NCBI GenBank assembly: GCA_043739185.1
Contig: JAYUEN010000398.1
Location: forward strand, 27,280 to 91,279
Source: Bdellovibrionales bacterium
GTDB lineage: Bacteria; Bdellovibrionota; Bdellovibrionia; Bdellovibrionales; JAMPXM01
Reading direction: 5' to 3'
Length of the DNA stretch: 64,000 nt
This document shows, one piece after another, positions 59,275-64,000 of the stretch. Below the pieces are notes generated by a model. It was given only the letters and a program-made list of their open reading frames with translations. It was not told where the DNA came from and ran no database searches. The position numbers were made by a program, and so were the translations under genes. Every line of letters begins with the position of its first letter. Positions within the stretch are counted from its first letter, which is position 1.

Positions 59275-59631
59275 AGTATTAAAGCGCATATTGTTCGGTA
59301 GCGGCGTCATCGTTGCTGATGAACCGTTGATGCGGCTATTCTATGCAAGCCATGCCATAAGATTCTCATTCAAAAAAGTGTTCTTATAATTGTCTTCTCA
59401 TTTGCCCCGTTAGTGTTATCGTCCCATTTTCAATAGTTTAGAGGTGTAAAATTTCAAGACATCCAAAGTGACCATTCTAGTAAGACAGGAACAGTTCTCC
59501 AACTTTTCGTGGGGTCGAAGAAGAATTTTATAAATTCGCTAAAGAAACGCCCGAGCATGGGCTTGACCAGCCTCCCCTTTTTAGACTTTGGTCTCATCAT
59601 GCCGTAGTGATTCACTTCCGATAAATAGCTT

Positions 59632-60174
59632 GTGAAAACCATATTTTGCCTTATCTTAATTGCTCATTTTTCGACCTTTGCGGCAGAACCTGCGGCAGAC
59701 GTGTTGAGCAGTGTTTTGAATGGGGGGGGCTTTCACTACAAGCTTGAAAAAAAATGGATCAAGTTCGAAGAAAATAGCAATAATCTTTTTTTAACAGGCG
59801 CTGAATATTCAGATGGATTTAAACCAACTGTTTTTATTTCTTTTCTAAAATTGAGCGGAGTGCAGTTTAACGCTGCTTATCTCGAAGCTTCTAGCGACGA
59901 ATATTTCGAAGGCCGAACGCAGTATGTTTCGTCTAAAGGCGGATCGGTCCTTTCGACAAGTCCTTACGAAACTCAAAAATGGTCTGGCATAAGCGAAGCT
60001 CATCGCATTGGTGTCACCTATAAAATAGCCGAAACAATCTATCACGAATATTCTTACTATGTTTCATGTAACGGAAAAATTTTTCATTTGAAGTCTTTGG
60101 ATTTTGGCGCGGGTGAAAAATCCAAATCGGCCGATGAAGTTGAAAAAGTAATTCAAGGCTTTTCATGTTTATGA
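59632..60174 (+). CDS. Secreted hypothetical protein (possibly PsbP/DcrB-like fold)
   Basis: GTG start, signal peptide; overlaps the start of the next gene. Confidence 0.65.
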   Translation: MKTIFCLILIAHFSTFAAEPAADVLSSVLNGGGFHYKLEKKWIKFEENSNNLFLTGAEYSDGFKPTVFISFLKLSGVQFNAAYLEASSDEYFEGRTQYVSSKGGSVLSTSPYETQKWSGISEAHRIGVTYKIAETIYHEYSYYVSCNGKIFHLKSLDFGAGEKSKSADEVEKVIQGFSCL

Positions 60175-62636
60175 GGCTGACGACTTCTATTCGACTCATT
60201 TGTGCCCTCGCGCTGATCCAGTCTCCTCAGGTCAGTCGCGCAAACGAAGATCACGAGGCCGCCGTTCAAGAGGCTAAGAGATCGGTCTTGTTTGATAAAA
60301 AAAATGGACTCTGCACAGACAAAACAGGCTCAAAGGGAGAGCCACTTACAACAGTCATCATTGCCCGAGGTGACTATGTTGCGACTCTTCAATTAACAGC
60401 ATCTCGCACAGCACTGATTGAAAGTGGTGAAGATGGTCGAGTGAAGATTACAAAATTGTCACAAAAAGATTTTGAAAAAATCATTAAGGCACCGACAGAA
60501 TCCACAATTATCCCATGTGAAGAAGAAAAGAAAAATTTTGGCATGGGTGGACCTCAGCCAGATAAACATAACTTAGAAGGTGTCGGCGCGTGTGAAACTT
60601 GCACAAGCGACGACGGGAAAATTCTTCTTAATAAGATCCTGCCGACGGCTGAGGAGGGTCGAAAGCTTGTTTGTGACGCTAAGAAAAAGGAAGAAGTGAA
60701 AGCTAAAAGTTGTTGGCAAAGCCTGGTCTCATCATCGAGTGCATTGAGCTGTTTAAGCAATTTACTTTGGGGACTTGTTAAGGCATCGACAGATGTTGCT
60801 TCGTTTCTTTATCACGGAGTAGAGTTTATTACGACCCTACCAGTTAAAGGTTTTGATAAGATAGCCCACACTCATTTTGCTGCAAAAATAGAGAAGTTGA
60901 TGGACGCTCCCGAAAAATTTATCAAGAGCTGGTGGAGAGGGACAAAAGAGGCTGAAGACCGCAGTTCCGATTCAATGGCGATGGTGTCAGCCTTAACTCC
61001 TGAGCAATTCAAAATAGTTCATAAGCAGCTTGCACAGCTTGAAGGAGCAAATAAATCAAAAGATAATGAAAGTCATAATATGTGGGTTAAGCTCGCTGAC
61101 TTTATTTGGCGAGAAATGACCGATAATTTTGGTTGCCAGAAGTGGAGTGGACTTCCGCAAGCTCCTGGCTCAACCTGCGTTGAACCATGGACAGGTGGTG
61201 ATTGTGCTGACTGTGCTTCCAAAGCGAGTATAGTTTGTGGTGGCTTGGGTTATATGGCCGGACAAATTCCTTCAAGTATGTTGTTGGGATTTGCAGTTAA
61301 ATATTTCACTGCAGGTGCAATACCGATCATAAGGCTTTCTGGAAAGGGCATCGATGGTATGCAAACACTTCTGAGTAAAGCCTCAAGTATGCCTGCCGCT
61401 CAACAGGGTTCAAAATTTACCGATATGGTTGCTGACAAGCTTAAGAGCCTTTCAAAGCTCGGAAACCAAGTGAAAGAAATGCCAAGTAAGGCAATTGATA
61501 CCATGATTTCAATTGGTGATAATAAAATCGTGCGCTTTGCGAGTTTAGGGAGCATTTCGGCTACGGCCAAAGGTGTTCGTTGGTACTTGCGACAAATCGA
61601 TCTTGCTTTTGCTCGCGGAAATGGTGGAACGGCAAAAGTCTTACAGGTTCGCCAAGCTCATTTAGAAGAAGGACTTGAAAAACAAGAAGCTGAAATAAAA
61701 GCTCTTGAAAGTAAAAAACAAGCTTTTGAAGATCATGAGGTGGCCCAGCCAAGACTCCTGAGAAGCATGGAAGAAAAAATTAATAAATTAAAAGCCGAAA
61801 GCGAAAAGCTGGGGAGCGCAACACGCCAAGCTCGGTTCAATTCCTCTAAATATCTTTTCGACGGAATCTCCAAAAGTTATGGCTACGAATATCAGGCTAA
61901 AAATGTCATCATGTCTGATGATATGATCAAGTTGATCAATCACAATCCGACGTGGACCAACGAGCAAATCAAACTTGAATATGCAAGCCGGGTTCATCAA
62001 ACCTGGCGAGACGCGAGGCGGATTTCAAGTTCTCAAGAGCTAGAGGCCGCAGTCAACAAAGAAAAAGCGAATTATCAAGTCGAATTTGAAGCGCATAAGA
62101 TCAATAAAAAACATTTGCGTCTCATCGTAGAATATCTCGACCGAGAACTACCGCGCTTGCAACAAGATTTGAAAGAAGGCCGGGTGGTCTACGCGCCAAG
62201 AATGAAACCTGAAAAAAAATCTTGGGCGAACGTTGCTAAGGCAAAAGATCTCGTCGATATTGCTGCTGTCCCAACTCAGGATTTGCCGCCGGCTTGGGTA
62301 CTAGAACAAATGGCGCCGGCTGAGAATATGATGAGGGTTTTGCAATATTATCGTAATTCTACAGGGCTAATCGAATCGCCCGCTCAACAGATCTGGATGA
62401 CAACTTCCTATGGCGACGAAGCAGAACGCCTTAAGGCTATGGCGAATCATCTTTCAAAGCTTCCGAGCTCTGGCATTCCGGACGATCCACTTTATCGAGC
62501 GGCGGCGGCTGAACTTGTGGGCTATACCAAACGGACGAGCGGTGGCTTTAGTACCTATGTCAGTGCAGACGCAATTGCCAAATCCATTGATGATTATTTT
62601 CGTCACAGCCAAGTCGAGTCTGGCAAAAACTACTAG
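60165..62636 (+). CDS. Large secreted multidomain protein (Cys-rich region, hydrophobic helices, coiled coil)
   Basis: 823-aa ORF; CETC, FGCQKW...CADC...VCG; coiled coil near aa 500-555. Confidence 0.8.
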   Translation: MFMRLTTSIRLICALALIQSPQVSRANEDHEAAVQEAKRSVLFDKKNGLCTDKTGSKGEPLTTVIIARGDYVATLQLTASRTALIESGEDGRVKITKLSQKDFEKIIKAPTESTIIPCEEEKKNFGMGGPQPDKHNLEGVGACETCTSDDGKILLNKILPTAEEGRKLVCDAKKKEEVKAKSCWQSLVSSSSALSCLSNLLWGLVKASTDVASFLYHGVEFITTLPVKGFDKIAHTHFAAKIEKLMDAPEKFIKSWWRGTKEAEDRSSDSMAMVSALTPEQFKIVHKQLAQLEGANKSKDNESHNMWVKLADFIWREMTDNFGCQKWSGLPQAPGSTCVEPWTGGDCADCASKASIVCGGLGYMAGQIPSSMLLGFAVKYFTAGAIPIIRLSGKGIDGMQTLLSKASSMPAAQQGSKFTDMVADKLKSLSKLGNQVKEMPSKAIDTMISIGDNKIVRFASLGSISATAKGVRWYLRQIDLAFARGNGGTAKVLQVRQAHLEEGLEKQEAEIKALESKKQAFEDHEVAQPRLLRSMEEKINKLKAESEKLGSATRQARFNSSKYLFDGISKSYGYEYQAKNVIMSDDMIKLINHNPTWTNEQIKLEYASRVHQTWRDARRISSSQELEAAVNKEKANYQVEFEAHKINKKHLRLIVEYLDRELPRLQQDLKEGRVVYAPRMKPEKKSWANVAKAKDLVDIAAVPTQDLPPAWVLEQMAPAENMMRVLQYYRNSTGLIESPAQQIWMTTSYGDEAERLKAMANHLSKLPSSGIPDDPLYRAAAAELVGYTKRTSGGFSTYVSADAIAKSIDDYFRHSQVESGKNY

Positions 62637-62734
62637 TATGAATGGCTTGTGCTTTTTCATGACTTTCGCCGCTGAAGCTCGGGGGCTCTACTTGCCATTG
62701 CGATTCGGCTCGATGATCAATCGATCACCATCGG

Positions 62735-63037
62735 ATGTCATTTCCAGCCGACTTTTACTCGTTTTTAGTCAATAAAGTACGGCCAAAAACAAAAAGTATC
62801 TTTGTGCAATGTTCAAAATTTTATTCTTTAGATACAGAAAGTGCAGATTGGGGTCATGGCTCGGGACCCGCCTGTGACGATTTTAAAGGAATGAGCGCAA
62901 TCACTAGAGCTAAGCGCGAGGCGATCAGGCAATGTCAAATTTTATATCGGAATAAGGAAATGCTAAATTGCTCTTACGCATCTGTGGCAACAAGTGCTGG
63001 GCAATTGATATGTATAGCTAACGTGACTGTTGAATAG
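62735..63037 (+). CDS. Small Cys-rich hypothetical protein or remnant
   Basis: AITRAKREAIRQC...CSY...CIANV; start uncertain. Confidence 0.4.
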   Translation: MSFPADFYSFLVNKVRPKTKSIFVQCSKFYSLDTESADWGHGSGPACDDFKGMSAITRAKREAIRQCQILYRNKEMLNCSYASVATSAGQLICIANVTVE

Positions 63038-63132
63038 GCCTCGTCGCTCGCGCGATTCGCTGGTGCTCACCTCAAAGGCCATCCTGGTCTTTTTGTCGAA
63101 CTCCCAAGTGAGAGTTCTCATCGTCCCCGGAG

Positions 63133-63268
63133 CCACCATCTCTTTTCTTATTCCAAATTTAAGGATCGGAAAAGAGAAGTCTCGAAGAGACCGAGCGCAC
63201 GACGCGCGAGTCTTTTTCGTAGGACAAGGAGTCCGACCTTAAATTTGGAATAAGAAAAGAGATGGTGG
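63133..63268. repeat. Perfect 32-bp inverted repeat abutting tRNA/tmRNA-like 3' ends
   Basis: 63133-63164 ccaccatctcttttcttattccaaatttaagg is the reverse complement of 63237-63268. Confidence 0.92.
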
Positions 63269-63551
63269 AGGCGGGGCTAAGGTAGTCGAACACTCAGAAC
63301 TCACTATTGCGAGATGGTATCAGATTGAGTGGCGAAAGCAAGAAATTGATCTGGCGGAGCTGGCAAAACTACGTTGGATTGATAAAATGCAGATCGATGA
63401 CCTAGCTCGACACTTTGGCTGTGGTTCGACGAAGATTGACGTACATCTCAGACGGATCAAGGCAAATCCCGATTCATTCGGTTTGGGCTCGGTATTTAAA
63501 AATGGGCTCGGATGTGCAAAATCTTTTCGGGGAATGAGCGAGGAGGCATGA
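63264..63551 (+). pseudogene. Reading frame lacking a 5' start, encoding an HTH-like module
   Basis: GGGGAKVVEHSELTIARWYQIEWRKQEIDLAELAKLRWIDKMQIDDLARHFGCGSTKIDVHLRRI...*; in-frame stop at 63240-63242. Confidence 0.55.
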
Positions 63552-63552
63552 C

Positions 63553-63819
63553 GTGGTAAAATTTTACGGACTAGTGCTTTCGATAGCTTTAGCTTTGGGC
63601 GCCAGCGGCCATTTGAAAGAGGCGACATTGTATATAATGAAGAGCGCAGCAAGCGCTCAATCACATCAAATGTCTTATGCGAAATTTTCCCGAATGCTCA
63701 CTCATTGCGGTTTCGGCACACCAGAATATGGTACTCAGGCTTGCGGCTTCCGCCGAGTGAAATTTGCTCGGCTCCCGCACGATCAAGTTTCAATGGATAG
63801 AAAGGCTCGTTCAAATTGA
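63553..63819 (+). CDS. Small protein with an N-terminal hydrophobic helix
   Basis: GAGGAGG plus GTG; MVKFYGLVLSIALALGASG; truncated paralog at 59127-59195. Confidence 0.6.
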   Translation: MVKFYGLVLSIALALGASGHLKEATLYIMKSAASAQSHQMSYAKFSRMLTHCGFGTPEYGTQACGFRRVKFARLPHDQVSMDRKARSN

Positions 63820-64000
63820 GCGGCCTCAGGCGGGGACACAGGGACTCGATAAAATTGAATTTGGTTTTAACTTCAGTGAAAAACCGCGCAGGTTTGAGGC
63901 CAAGAATAAGTGTTAATGATAACGCAAGAGCTAAATAAAATTCTAATACTTTTCAAATTCATAAAGCATTCAGGTAGTTCTGAGCTCAAATTTTTAAATA

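Noticed and set aside
63060..63138. Intact tRNA gene ending CCACCA
   Set aside because: T-loop is degenerate (GTTCTCATC) and no matching 5' acceptor or D-arm was found; kept only as a remnant.
63320..63664. Minus-strand ORF similar to 58930-59163
   Set aside because: Antisense shadow of the direct repeat; the + strand has the RBS and protein-like frames.
1..64000. CRISPR array, cas genes, rRNA, intact transposase or integrase
   Set aside because: No regularly spaced direct repeats with spacers, and no recognisable motifs in any ORF.

Overview
The window resembles a Bdellovibrionota (Bdellovibrio-like) chromosome segment, judged from gene order, TIGR02147-like regulators and FQNC-type lipoproteins; this assignment is inferred. 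1-20.4 kb is core genome: the end of the alternative complex III operon (actC-D-E-F), thrS-infC-rpmI-rplT, a five-gene mevalonate operon, a zincin lipoprotein, TrmH and rsmG methyltransferases, and pheS-pheT-ihfA-MerR. 20.4-64 kb is accessory. Its centrepiece (27.7-44.3 kb) is a compact biosynthetic cluster. It has a heme-oxygenase-like diiron enzyme and a standalone ACP-KS-AT-ACP-aminotransferase-condensation megasynthase behind a sigma54-like promoter, an acyl-adenylating enzyme, a paraoxonase-like beta-propeller, and a Lol-like export set. The likely product is an exported beta-amino fatty-acyl lipid that I cannot match to a known pathway. Non-coding signals include a degenerate ~270-bp dispersed element in three divergent promoter regions, each upstream of a sigma54-like motif. 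There are also two palindromic MITE-like elements with TAA target duplications and, at the right end, an integration-scar region with tRNA/tmRNA-like 3' ends, a perfect 32-bp inverted repeat and a start-less HTH frame. No CRISPR, rRNA or intact tRNA was seen. All family calls come from motif recognition by eye, not database searches.
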